Assembly: GCF_001457595.1 (NCBI RefSeq)
Contig: NZ_LN831039.1
Span: forward strand, 3,900,001-3,932,000
Reading direction: 5' to 3'
Length of the DNA stretch: 32,000 nucleotides
Source of the DNA: Mycolicibacterium smegmatis
Lineage (GTDB): Bacteria > Actinomycetota > Actinomycetes > Mycobacteriales > Mycobacteriaceae
Within the stretch, counting starts at the first letter, position 1. Each line of letters starts with the position of its first letter. The notes beneath the pieces are model-generated. The model was given only the letters and a program-made list of their open reading frames with translations. It searched no databases and was not told the DNA's origin. The position numbers and the translations under genes were made by a program. Positions 9,040-27,224 of the stretch are shown piece by piece.

Positions 9040-12036
9040 CTATTGCGTCGGAACCGCCGCGTCGTCGGTGTCGTCCCCGGCCAGCTCGGTGCGCACGGCC
9101 TGGGTCAACCTCTTGTACGTCCCTGTATCGGCGTCGAAGTACCAAGAGTTACGCCGGTGCGGTTTCGGGATGCCTGCCGCGCGCAGCGGAGCCACGAGGG
9201 GCCGGTACGTGGCACTGAGTTCCATGTCGGGAACGACGTGGACGAAATCGGGCGGATTGCCGACCGGCAGGTCCGTCAGCGCCACGGTCAGATCGGCCGT
9301 CGGGATGCTGCCGCCCGGCCGCAGTGCGAGCGCCGTGACGGCCACCTCACGGTCCCCCAGATCCACGCCGTAGGTGACCGCCATGTCGACGGCGTTGAGG
9401 CGTCCTGCGGCGTCGCTGATGGTCGTGGCGAACACCGGTCCGCGTTCGGTGCGGATCACCGCACTGCGGTTGTCCACCTGCCAGTAGTCGCCGTCCTCGT
9501 CGCGGCGGAACAGATATTCCGTCGACACCCAGGTGTCGGCCGGCGCGAACACGCCGCGCTTGACCACCGCGGTCGGGTCGACCGGGCCACGCGGACGCGC
9601 CAGCAGCACCCCGACCTCGTCGGCCTCGGCCCGGCGGACGAAGCCCTGCTCGTCTTCCAGGATGAGGTCGTCGTCGGGGTCGTAGGCCGCCAGTTCGATC
9701 TGTCCGCCGCCCGGCAGCGGGCGTCCCTTGCTCCCGACCTTGTGGCCGGACACGTTGGCCAGCACCGCCTGCCCGTCGGTGGTCGCGAAGAATTCGACCA
9801 CCTGCGCCGGTTCGAAGACCTCGGTCACACGTTTCCACAGCCCGGCGGGCATGCCCGAGCCGATGAACACCCGGACGGAGTGGCTTCCTTTGAGGGTGAA
9901 CGACGGATCGTCGATCACCTCACGCAGCATCGCCCACGTGTAGGACACCACGGTGACGCCGTACTGGCGGATCTCCTGCAGGAACCGGTTGGGCTGCAAT
10001 CCCCGGGACAGTGCGATGCGCGAGCCGCCGACCACGGCGCCGCCCAGGCTCACCAGCAGACCGGACTGGTGGTGCAACGGGGTGAGGCAGTACACGGTGT
10101 CCGCCCTGCCCAGATTGGCGGCCGAGGCGGTGCCGAACGCCGACAGCGCCCAGCGGTAGTTGGTGATCTGGCGAGGGATCAGTTCGCCGCCGATCGTGCT
10201 GAAACCGACGAACGCGAGGTCGCGCGCCAGACCCGGGTTGGGGCGGTACCACCCGGGCAGTTCCACGCTGTCGGGATCGATCTGTTCCATGTCGGTGACG
10301 TCGGCACCGTCGGGCAGGTTGAGGTTGCGATCCTCGCCGCCGCCGAGCACCAGCACCCGCACGTCGAGGGCGAGCGCGGCCTCCAGATGGGTGGGATCGG
10401 CGATGATCTCCGACACGCCGCCCAGGCGGATCGCCTCCGCCAGGTCGACGTCGGGCGGGATCAGCACGGCCACCGCGCCGAGGCGGGACAGCGCCGCGAT
10501 CGCCACCAGCGCACTGGGGCGCGTCTCCATCAGGACGCCGACGTGCGCACCCTGTCGCACCCCCACGTCGATCAGGCCGCGCACCACGTTGTTGATGCGA
10601 CGATCCACGGCCTCGTACGTGTGGACCCGGCCGTCGAACAACAACGCCTCGCCGCTGGGGGCGTTGCGGGCCTGCTCACTCATGATGCGGCCCAGCGAGA
10701 TCCGGGTGTGGTCGTTGACCTGACCGAGGCGCGCCAGCCTGGGCAGCGTCCGGGCGGTCTCGACGACGAGGGTTCGAGCCGACTTGTTGGCGGCCACCAG
10801 TGCGTCGGCCGCGTTGCGGGCCACCTCAAAGGCCACCTCCGTCGCGGCGTTGGCGCCGTGGGTGATGCGCGACGAGATCGAGACGCCGCCCTCGTGCTGG
10901 TCGGGCGGCTGCGTCGCCATCGGGACCACGCCCTCGGGCATCGGCTCGCCGATCTCGAGGCTCTTCACCCACTGCGCGACGGTCGGCCACGTCTGCTCGG
11001 AGGCCTTGGATCCCACGACGAGGCCGAAATGCCCTGCCCTGATGAGGTATTCGTACACGTCGGCCTGTGGGGCGGCGCGCTTGATGCCGCGGACCGAGGC
11101 GGGCTGGCCGATGTCGTCGACCTCGCCCACGACGGCCAGGATCGGGCAGTTGATGTCGGAGAGCGTCACCAGGTCGCCGTGGATCGAGAAGCCACCGGTG
11201 ATCATCCGGTTGTGCGCGATGAACTGCTTGAGCAGTTCCGAGATCGCCGGACCGGACCACGCGATCCAGCCCTCGGACGCCAGGAAGCGGCGCTGCTGCT
11301 CGCGCGGCAGCAGGGCCTCGCGGTCGTGCAACTGGCGCAGGAAGTCGATGCGTGACTGCGCGGTCTTGATCGGGTCGAGCATCTGGAAGCCCGTGCGCGC
11401 GAGCCACCCGGGGATGTCGATCCGGCTGAAGACGTGATCGGCCATGAAGTCCGCCGCGGCGGGCGCGATGCTCGACGGCAGGTTCATCGGCAGCGCCGCC
11501 AGCGTGTCCACGGGCGAACCGAACGCGATGATGCTCGCCAGGTCTTTCGAGCGGCGGTAGGCCGCGGCCTGATAGGCGAACATGCCGCCCTGCGAATAGC
11601 CCGCCAGGTGCACGTCGCGCCCGGTGACCTCACGGACGGTGTCGATGGCCTCGCTCAGCGCGACGACGTGATCGGCGAGGGTGCGCTCCATGCCGCCCTC
11701 GACCTTGTCGGGTTCGCCGAAATCGATGACCCACGGATCGATCCCCGCGCGGTGCAGGATGCCGACCGCCCCGGATTCACGCGTGACGTCCCACATGTCG
11801 GCGGACATCATCATGGGGTGCACCATCAGCACCGGCGGGCCGACAATCTGCGCGCCGGGACGCGCGTCGGGCGGAAAATACCGGCGCAGCTTGAACATCG
11901 GCACGCTCTGGATGATCTGGAACGGCGACGGCACCGCGCCGGTCTCCAGCCCGCCGTAGCGCAGCACCTCGAGACCGTTCTGCGCCGTCGCCAGTAACCG
12001 CTCGATGGGCTTGGTCACTGCCGAGAAATCCACCAA
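9040..12036 (-). CDS. Bifunctional alpha/beta-hydrolase (lipase / PHA-synthase-like N-domain) + FATP-like acyl-CoA synthetase domain protein (Rv1683-like)
   Basis: 998 aa. The N-terminal part has the nucleophile elbow HLAGYSQGG. The C-terminal ~600 aa aligns by eye to very-long-chain acyl-CoA synthetase/FATP proteins (VYCLTPLHHQSGLL, VVEFFATTDGQ). Size and neighbourhood match Mtb Rv1683 (999 aa). Start is TTG 12036 or GTG 12033, after GGGGAG. Confidence 0.9.
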   Translation of the reverse strand: MVDFSAVTKPIERLLATAQNGLEVLRYGGLETGAVPSPFQIIQSVPMFKLRRYFPPDARPGAQIVGPPVLMVHPMMMSADMWDVTRESGAVGILHRAGIDPWVIDFGEPDKVEGGMERTLADHVVALSEAIDTVREVTGRDVHLAGYSQGGMFAYQAAAYRRSKDLASIIAFGSPVDTLAALPMNLPSSIAPAAADFMADHVFSRIDIPGWLARTGFQMLDPIKTAQSRIDFLRQLHDREALLPREQQRRFLASEGWIAWSGPAISELLKQFIAHNRMITGGFSIHGDLVTLSDINCPILAVVGEVDDIGQPASVRGIKRAAPQADVYEYLIRAGHFGLVVGSKASEQTWPTVAQWVKSLEIGEPMPEGVVPMATQPPDQHEGGVSISSRITHGANAATEVAFEVARNAADALVAANKSARTLVVETARTLPRLARLGQVNDHTRISLGRIMSEQARNAPSGEALLFDGRVHTYEAVDRRINNVVRGLIDVGVRQGAHVGVLMETRPSALVAIAALSRLGAVAVLIPPDVDLAEAIRLGGVSEIIADPTHLEAALALDVRVLVLGGGEDRNLNLPDGADVTDMEQIDPDSVELPGWYRPNPGLARDLAFVGFSTIGGELIPRQITNYRWALSAFGTASAANLGRADTVYCLTPLHHQSGLLVSLGGAVVGGSRIALSRGLQPNRFLQEIRQYGVTVVSYTWAMLREVIDDPSFTLKGSHSVRVFIGSGMPAGLWKRVTEVFEPAQVVEFFATTDGQAVLANVSGHKVGSKGRPLPGGGQIELAAYDPDDDLILEDEQGFVRRAEADEVGVLLARPRGPVDPTAVVKRGVFAPADTWVSTEYLFRRDEDGDYWQVDNRSAVIRTERGPVFATTISDAAGRLNAVDMAVTYGVDLGDREVAVTALALRPGGSIPTADLTVALTDLPVGNPPDFVHVVPDMELSATYRPLVAPLRAAGIPKPHRRNSWYFDADTGTYKRLTQAVRTELAGDDTDDAAVPTQ

Positions 12037-12277
12037 AGTTTGCTCCCCACATCACGGCCCGAATCCCCGATCGACGAGGCCATGATGGCACAACCATCGT
12101 CGCTGCTTCCGGTAATGGATCCAGCACACCGGTGTGACGTACCGCAACAGCGACGGTGCCGGACAAAGTCGGGTGGCCCATCTGCCGTTTGCCGCTACCC
12201 GGAATCGTCACGTGCCGACAGTGAGCGCCCGACCGGTGGGGCGAGGGGCCCGCGCCGGACGATAGGGTCGTCTGGCC

Positions 12278-14050
12278 ATGGCACACCTGCTCGGGGGCGA
12301 AGCCCTACACCTGGAATACCCCACCGGGGTCGTCCTGGATTCGGTCACCGTCGGCGTCAGTGAAGGCGATCGGATCGGCATCGTGGGCCGCAACGGCGAC
12401 GGCAAATCGACGCTGATGGGCCTGCTGACGGGACGCATCACGCCGCATTCGGGACGGGTCACCCGCCGCGGCGGCCTTCGCGTCGGCGCCCTGGATCAGA
12501 CCGACACCCTGCAGCCCGACCGCACCGTCGTGTGGTCACTCGTCGGGGACCGGCCCGAACACGAGTGGGCCGGCGACGCCAAGGTGCGCGACGTGATGTC
12601 CGGGCTGGTCGCCGACATCGCGTTCGACGCGACCATCTCGACCCTCTCCGGCGGGCAGCGCCGGCGCGTACAGCTGGCCGCGCTGCTGATCGGCGACTGG
12701 GACGTCATCGCCCTCGACGAGCCCACCAACCACCTCGACATCCAGGGCATCACCTGGCTGACCGAGCATCTCAAGCAGCGCTGGGCCCGCGGGGCCGGCG
12801 GGCTGCTGCTGATCACGCACGACCGCTGGTTCCTCGACGAGGTCGCGACCACGACGTGGGAAGTACACGACCGGATCGTCGAACCGTTCGAAGGCGGCTA
12901 CGCCGCGTACGTGCTGCAGCGCGTCGAACGTGACCGCCAGGCCGCGGCCGCAGAGGCCAAGCGGCAGAACCTGTTACGCAAGGAACTGGCGTGGCTGCGC
13001 CGAGGCGCGCCCGCGCGCACGTCGAAGCCGAAGTTCCGCATCGACGCCGCAAACGCGCTGATCTCCGACGTCCCTCCGCTGCGCAACAGCGTCGAGCTGT
13101 CCCGCGCCGCGATGGCCCGACTGGGCAAGGACGTCATCGACCTGCTCGACGTCTCGGTGACCTACGACGGGCGTGAAGTGCTGCGTGACATCGAATGGCG
13201 CATCGCACCCGGCGAGCGGACCGGCATCCTCGGCGCCAACGGTGCGGGCAAGTCGACCCTGCTGGGTCTGATCTCGGGCACCGTGGCCCCGACGACGGGC
13301 CGGGTCAAGCGCGGCAAGACCGTGAAACTGGCGATCCTGGACCAGCAGTCCAGTGAGCTGCAGGCCGTCGAGGGTGACATGGTGCGTGAGGTGGTCGGTC
13401 GCCTGCAGACCACCTACCAGATCGACGGCAAGGACTACACGCCCGCGCAGTTGCTGGAGCGTCTGGGCTTCGCGCGTGATCAGCTGTCTACACGCGTCGG
13501 CGAACTGTCCGGCGGCCAGCGCCGCCGTCTGCAGCTGATGCTCGTGCTGCTGTCCGAGCCCAACGTGCTGGTGCTCGACGAGCCCACCAACGACGTCGAC
13601 ACCGACATGCTGACCGCGACCGAGGATCTGCTGGATTCCTGGCCCGGCACACTGATCGTGGTGTCCCACGACCGGTACCTGCTCGAGCGGGTCACCGATC
13701 AGCAGTACGCGATCCTCGACGGCCGGCTGCGTCACCTTCCCGGCGGCGTCGACGAATACCTCAAGCTCGCCGCGCAACGCGCCGACCGTCCCGCCCCGCG
13801 CCCGGAAGCCGCACCCGCCGAAGGGCTTTCCGGTGCCGAGCTGCGCAACATCGAGAAAGAGATCGCCTCGATCGACCGGTCACTGGCCAAGTTCTCCGAC
13901 CGGATCGCGGCCAAACACGAAGAACTCGCCGCCCACGACCAGTCCGATCACGTGGGTCTCGGCAAGCTCACCGCGGAACTGCGCGAGTTGGAGAATCAGG
14001 TCGCCGAGCTCGAGGCGCGGTGGATGGAGCTGTCCGAGAAGCTCGAGTAG
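12278..14050 (+). CDS. ABC-F family ATPase (two ABC cassettes, no membrane domain, C-terminal coiled coil; Uup-like)
   Basis: Walker A GRNGDGKST and GANGAGKST. Signatures LSGGQRRRV and LSGGQRRRL. Walker B VIALDEPTNHLD and VLVLDEPTNDVD. The C-terminal ~80 aa are heptad-like (ELRNIEKEIASIDRSLAKF...ELENQVAELEARWMELSEKLE). Confidence 0.9.
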   Translation: MAHLLGGEALHLEYPTGVVLDSVTVGVSEGDRIGIVGRNGDGKSTLMGLLTGRITPHSGRVTRRGGLRVGALDQTDTLQPDRTVVWSLVGDRPEHEWAGDAKVRDVMSGLVADIAFDATISTLSGGQRRRVQLAALLIGDWDVIALDEPTNHLDIQGITWLTEHLKQRWARGAGGLLLITHDRWFLDEVATTTWEVHDRIVEPFEGGYAAYVLQRVERDRQAAAAEAKRQNLLRKELAWLRRGAPARTSKPKFRIDAANALISDVPPLRNSVELSRAAMARLGKDVIDLLDVSVTYDGREVLRDIEWRIAPGERTGILGANGAGKSTLLGLISGTVAPTTGRVKRGKTVKLAILDQQSSELQAVEGDMVREVVGRLQTTYQIDGKDYTPAQLLERLGFARDQLSTRVGELSGGQRRRLQLMLVLLSEPNVLVLDEPTNDVDTDMLTATEDLLDSWPGTLIVVSHDRYLLERVTDQQYAILDGRLRHLPGGVDEYLKLAAQRADRPAPRPEAAPAEGLSGAELRNIEKEIASIDRSLAKFSDRIAAKHEELAAHDQSDHVGLGKLTAELRELENQVAELEARWMELSEKLE

Positions 14051-14081
14051 TCGGGCTGATTCGGTGGCCGGTGCGGGCCCT

Positions 14082-14145
14082 GCGCCGAGATTGCATCGAG
14101 GGACAAAACCGTCGCGATTTCTGTCCCTGGCTTCAATCTCGGCGC
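14082..14145. terminator. Nested hairpin between convergent ABC-F and argH genes (candidate bidirectional terminator)
   Basis: Outer 11-bp perfect arms GCGCCGAGATT (14082-14092) / AATCTCGGCGC (14135-14145). Inner arms AGGGACA / TGTCCCT. Located in the 112-bp convergent spacer. Confidence 0.55.
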
Positions 14146-14162
14146 GACGCCCGCGGGGGCGG

Positions 14163-16864
<2,702 letters not shown>

Positions 16865-16889
16865 GTGAGCAATCTCCTTTATTCCAGCT

Positions 16890-17366
16890 CTAATTCAAGT
16901 TTTCGAGGGTGCCGGCGAGCTCGGCACCGGTCATGGGCTCGCGCGCCACCACCAGGATGGTGTCGTCTCCGGCGACGGTGCCGACCACATAGGGCAGCGC
17001 GGCACGGTCGATGGCGGCAGCCAAGTAATGCGCAGCCCCGGGCGGGGTACGCAGCACGGCAAGGTTAGCGCTGGCATCGGTGGACACCAGCAACTCCCCC
17101 AGCAACCGGGCCAGCCGCTCGGTGCCGCCCGAGACGCCCCGCACCGGGCTGCCGTCCTCGGGCACGACGTAGACGCCGACGCCACCGTCGGCGCCGCGCA
17201 GTTTCACCGCACCGAGCTCTTCCAGATCACGCGACAGCGTGGCCTGGGTGACGTCGATACCTTCGGCGGCCAGCATCGCGGCCAGCTCGCCCTGGCTGCG
17301 CACCGAGTTCGACGACAGCAACGCGACAATGCGCGCCTGCCTGGCGGCTCGGGTCGACGCGGTCAC
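16890..17366 (-). CDS. argR: Arginine repressor
   Basis: [49 protein letters not shown] (winged HTH) plus a C-terminal oligomerisation/arginine-binding domain ([12 protein letters not shown]). Near-identical by eye to my memory of Mtb ArgR. Start taken as GTG 17366, 4 nt after the argF stop; the start is uncertain. Confidence 0.88.
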   Translation of the reverse strand: MTASTRAARQARIVALLSSNSVRSQGELAAMLAAEGIDVTQATLSRDLEELGAVKLRGADGGVGVYVVPEDGSPVRGVSGGTERLARLLGELLVSTDASANLAVLRTPPGAAHYLAAAIDRAALPYVVGTVAGDDTILVVAREPMTGAELAGTLENLN

Positions 17367-17370
17367 GGGC

Positions 17371-19459
<2,089 letters not shown>

Positions 19460-19463
<4 letters not shown>

Positions 19464-20337
19464 TGGGCCACCACCTTGGTCCCGGTCCCTTCGTCGGTGA
19501 AAAGCTCGACCAGCACGCAATGTTCGACACGGCCGTCGATCACGTGTGCGCTGGGCACGCCGCCGTTGACGGCGCGCAGGCACGCCTCGATCTTGGGCAC
19601 CATGCCCGATTCGAGCTTCGGCAGCAGCTGTGTCAGTGCGCCCGTGTCGATCTCGCTGACCAGCGAGGTGCGGTCGGGCCAGTCGGTGTAGAGACCTTCG
19701 ACATCGGTGAGCATCACGAGCTTCTCGGCGCCGAGCGCCTCGGCCAACGCGGCCGCGGCCGTGTCGGCGTTGATGTTGTGCACCACACCGTCGGCGTCGG
19801 GGGCGATGGTCGACACCACCGGGATCCTGCCTGCGGCAATGAGATCCAGCAGCGAACCCGCGTTGACGTGTTCGACGTCGCCGACCAGGCCGATGTCGGT
19901 GGCCACGCCGTCCACGGTCACGTTGCGCCGCACGGCGGTGAACAGCTGCGCGTCCTCACCGGTGACACCGACCGCGTACGGCCCGTGCGCGTTGATGAGG
20001 TTGACCAGCTCGCGCCCCACCTGACCGAACAGCACCATGCGGGCGACGTCGAGCACCTCGGGCGTGGTGACGCGGAAGCCACCTTTGAAATCGCCTTCGA
20101 TGCCGAGCCGTTTCAGCATCGCGCTGATCTGCGGGCCGCCGCCGTGCACCACCACGGGGTGGATGCCGCAGTTGCGCAGGAACACCATGTCCGCGGCGAA
20201 CGCGGCCTTGAGCACATCGTCGGTCATGGCGTTGCCGCCGTATTTGACCACCACGATCTTGGCGTGCAGTTGCTTGAGCCACGGCAACGCCGAGGCCAGG
20301 ACGTCGGCCTTGAACCCTCGGTCGATGGACGGGGTGC

Positions 20338-20341
<4 letters not shown>
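19460..20341 (-). CDS. argB: Acetylglutamate kinase
   Basis: 293 aa. Amino-acid-kinase fold motifs ([19 protein letters not shown]). The ATG overlaps the argJ stop (ATGA). Confidence 0.95.
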
Positions 20342-22618
<2,277 letters not shown>

Positions 22619-22624
22619 AGCGGC

Positions 22625-22810
22625 GCCCGTCACCCTGCACCGCGACCCTGCGTGGGTGAGTGCCCGTCACCCTGCACCGCGACCGTGCGTGTCTGTCGCC
22701 CAACACGCCGCCATCTACCGGCGCTGCGCGCACGCTCGCGACCATCGAGCGTGCGCCGCCTGCTGCCCCTGCGCGGCGTGTCGCGAAGCTGACACGCACG
22801 CTCGCGGTGC
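22625..22810. repeat. Composite cluster of GC-rich palindromic repeats (same family as 15591-15655) in the pheT-argC spacer
   Basis: 23-bp perfect direct repeat GCCCGTCACCCTGCACCGCGACC at 22625-22647 and 22662-22684. 20-bp terminal inverted repeats GCACCGCGACCGTGCGTGTC (22674-22693) and GACACGCACGCTCGCGGTGC (22791-22810) match 19/20. Internal hairpin GCGCACGCTCG-cgaccat-CGAGCGTGCGC (22728-22756). Confidence 0.6.
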
Positions 22811-22863
22811 CAGGTAACAAACCCCAGAGACCCCTAGCGCGCGGCGAGCGCGGCGCGGAAAGG

Positions 22864-25361
22864 TCAGCCGCGGAGGACTGCGCCGACGCGCTCGGAGGCG
22901 GCGGCGACGGCCGCGTCGCGCGCGGCGCTGGCCTCGTCCTCGGTGAGGGTGCGGTCGGTGGCGCGGAAGCGCAGCGCGAGGGTGAGCGACTTGCGGCCCT
23001 CCCCGATCTGCGGACCGGTGTAGACGTCGAACAACCGGACGTCTTCGAGGAGCTCGCCCGCCCCGTCGCGGACCGCGGCAACCACGTCGGCCGCCGCTAC
23101 GTCGTCGTCGACGATGACGCTGATGTCCTGGAACACCGCGGGGAACGGCGACACCTGCGGCGCGGGCAGGATCTCGACGATCGGCACGGCGTCGAGATCG
23201 AGTTCGACCGCACACGTGCGCTTCGGTAGACCGGAACGCTCGATCACCGCGGGGTGCAGTTCGCCGGCGTGGCCGACGACGGTGTCGCCGATCAGGATCG
23301 CGGCGCAGCGACCGGGATGCCACGGAAGTTCCTGCGCGGCACGGAACGTGAACTCCACACCCGCGGCACGCCCGATCACGCGTACAGCTTCGAACGCGTC
23401 GGCGGCTTCGGTGGGCCGGCCGGGTCCCCACGGGCCGGCAGGCTCACGCAGCCCCGCGAGCACGGCCGCGACATGCTGCGGCTGCCTCGGCAGCGACGCG
23501 TCGAGCGCGGCGATCTCCTCATCGGTCGGCCTGCGGTCGGTGGGAACGCGCTCGACCGCCTTGGTCGCATCGGTGGGCTGCACCACCTGCTGGATGCCGA
23601 ACAGCGCGACATCGGCGGCGCCGCGAGAGACGTTGCGGCTCAACGCCTCCAGCAGACCCGGCAGCAGCGTGGTGGCCAGGTGCGGACGGTCGGACTCCAG
23701 CGGGTTGAGCACCTGGGTGGTGCGCCTGCGCTGATCGTCGGCGGGCAGACCCCACAGGTCGAACACGCCCGCGGGCACGAACGGCGTCGGCAGGATCTCC
23801 ACGAAACCGGCGAGCGCCAGCGACTTTCCGATCGCGCGGCGGCGCTTCTGCACGGGCGTGAGGCCACGCCCGGCCGGTGCGGTGGGCAGCACCGACGGGA
23901 TGATCTCCAGACCCTCCAGTCGCAGCACCTCCTCCACCAGGTCGGCGGGCTGACGCAGGTCGGGCCGCCAACTCGGCGGGACAACGGTGAGCACCCCGGG
24001 ATCTGCCTCGGTGACGGTGGCGCCGATCTGGGTGAGCCGACGTGCCGTGGTGCCGGCCGGGTAGTCGACGCCCGCGGTGCGGTCGGGCAGGTCGGCCGCG
24101 ATGCGCACGGCCGGGCCGGACCAGTCCTCGCGGTCGCCGTCGCGCCAGTCGGTGAGCTTGGGCTGCACGGTGCCGCCGGCGATCTCGGCCAGCAAGCTCG
24201 CGCAACGATCAAGGGCGGCAACAGAAATCGCCGGGTCGACCGAACGCTCGTAGCGGCGTCCGGCCTCGCTGGCCAGGTGCAGGCGGCGCTGGGTGCGCGA
24301 CACCGCGGCCGGGTCCCACACCGCGGCCTCGAGCAACACGTCGGTGGTGGTCTCGCGCACCTCGGTGGTGCCCGCACCCATGACGCCGCCGATCGCGGCG
24401 GTCGCGACGTCGTCGACGATGAGCACGTCACCGGAGTTCAGGGTGCGTTCGACGTCGTCGAGCGTCACCACCTTCTCGCCGTCGCGTGCGAAGCGGACGT
24501 CGAACGCGCCGGTGATCAGGCTGCTGTCGTGGGCGTGCATGGGATGCCCGAATTCGAGCATCACGTAGTTGGTCACATCGACCGCGGGCGAGATGGCGCG
24601 GATACCCGACAACAGCAGGCGGCGCTGCATCCACCACGGCGACACCGCGGCCGGGTCGATACCGGTGACAGGACGCAACCCGAAGCGCTGCACGCCGGTA
24701 CCGGGTTGCACGGTCAGCGGCCAGGCTTCGCCTTCGACGGGCAGCGGCTCGACGTCGGCCAGATCGACGTAGTCCAGGTCGAAGGCGCACGCGATCTCGC
24801 GCGCCAGGCCGCGCACCGACAGGCAGTAGCCGCGGTCCGGCGTCACCGCGAGGTGGAACACCACGTCGTCGAGACCCAGCACGTCGGCCGCCGGGGCGCC
24901 CGGTTCGGCGGTGCCCGGCGGCAGCACGATGATGCCGGAATGGTCGGTGCCGAAGTTCAACTCGGCGGCCGAGCAGATCATGCCGTCCGAAAGCCTGCCG
25001 TAGGTCTTGCGCGACGAGATGGTGAAGTCGCCGGGCAGCGTGGTGCCGGGCAGGGCCACCACGACCAGGTCACCGACCGCGAAATTGCGTGCACCGCACA
25101 CGATGTCGCGGGGCGCCCCGTCGACGTTCTGGTCACCGACGTCGACCTTGCACGCCCGGATGGGCTTCTTGAACTCGGTGAGCTCTTCGATCTCGATGAC
25201 GCGGCCCACGGTCAGCGGACCGCTGACCGGGCCCGCGGTGATGATTTCCTCGACCTCGTGGCCGATGCGGATGAAGGTCTGCTCGAGCTCTTCGGGCGTG
25301 ACGTCCCAGTCCGGGGCGCCGGCACGCACGGCTTCACGCAACCAGCTGTAGGGAATACGCA

Positions 25362-25362
<1 letters not shown>
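22864..25362 (-). CDS. pheT: Phenylalanyl-tRNA synthetase beta subunit
   Basis: 832 aa. Starts [10 protein letters not shown]. tRNA-binding, B3/4, B5 and C-terminal anticodon-binding-like regions are recognisable by eye. The ATG shares one base with the pheS stop (TGATG). Confidence 0.95.
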
Positions 25363-27219
<1,857 letters not shown>

Positions 27220-27224
27220 ATCGA

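Noticed and set aside
9025-11355. 776-aa ORF on the + strand
   Set aside because: It lies entirely antisense to the well-supported lipase/FACS gene. The translation is Arg/Gly/Asp/His/Ala-rich and low in complexity with no recognisable motifs. This is a typical high-GC shadow ORF.
12040-12363. 107-aa + strand ORF in the divergent spacer; possible leader peptide or attenuator for the ABC-F gene
   Set aside because: Third-codon positions are A/T-rich at its 5' end, unlike real genes here. It runs out of frame into the ABC-F gene. I found no short uORF plus alternative-hairpin architecture typical of ARE ABC-F attenuators.
16865-16889. Possible additional ARG box in the AT-rich argR-argG spacer (TTGAATTAGAGCTGGAATAAAGGAG on the minus strand)
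   Set aside because: There is only one TGAAT half-site and no dyad or TGCA core like the argC operator. The AT-richness is largely explained by the stop codon and the AAGGAG RBS.
22625-22684. Possible CRISPR-like array (23-bp repeat, 14-bp spacer)
   Set aside because: There are only two repeat copies, the spacer is far too short and there are no cas genes. The repeats belong to the palindromic intergenic repeat family instead.
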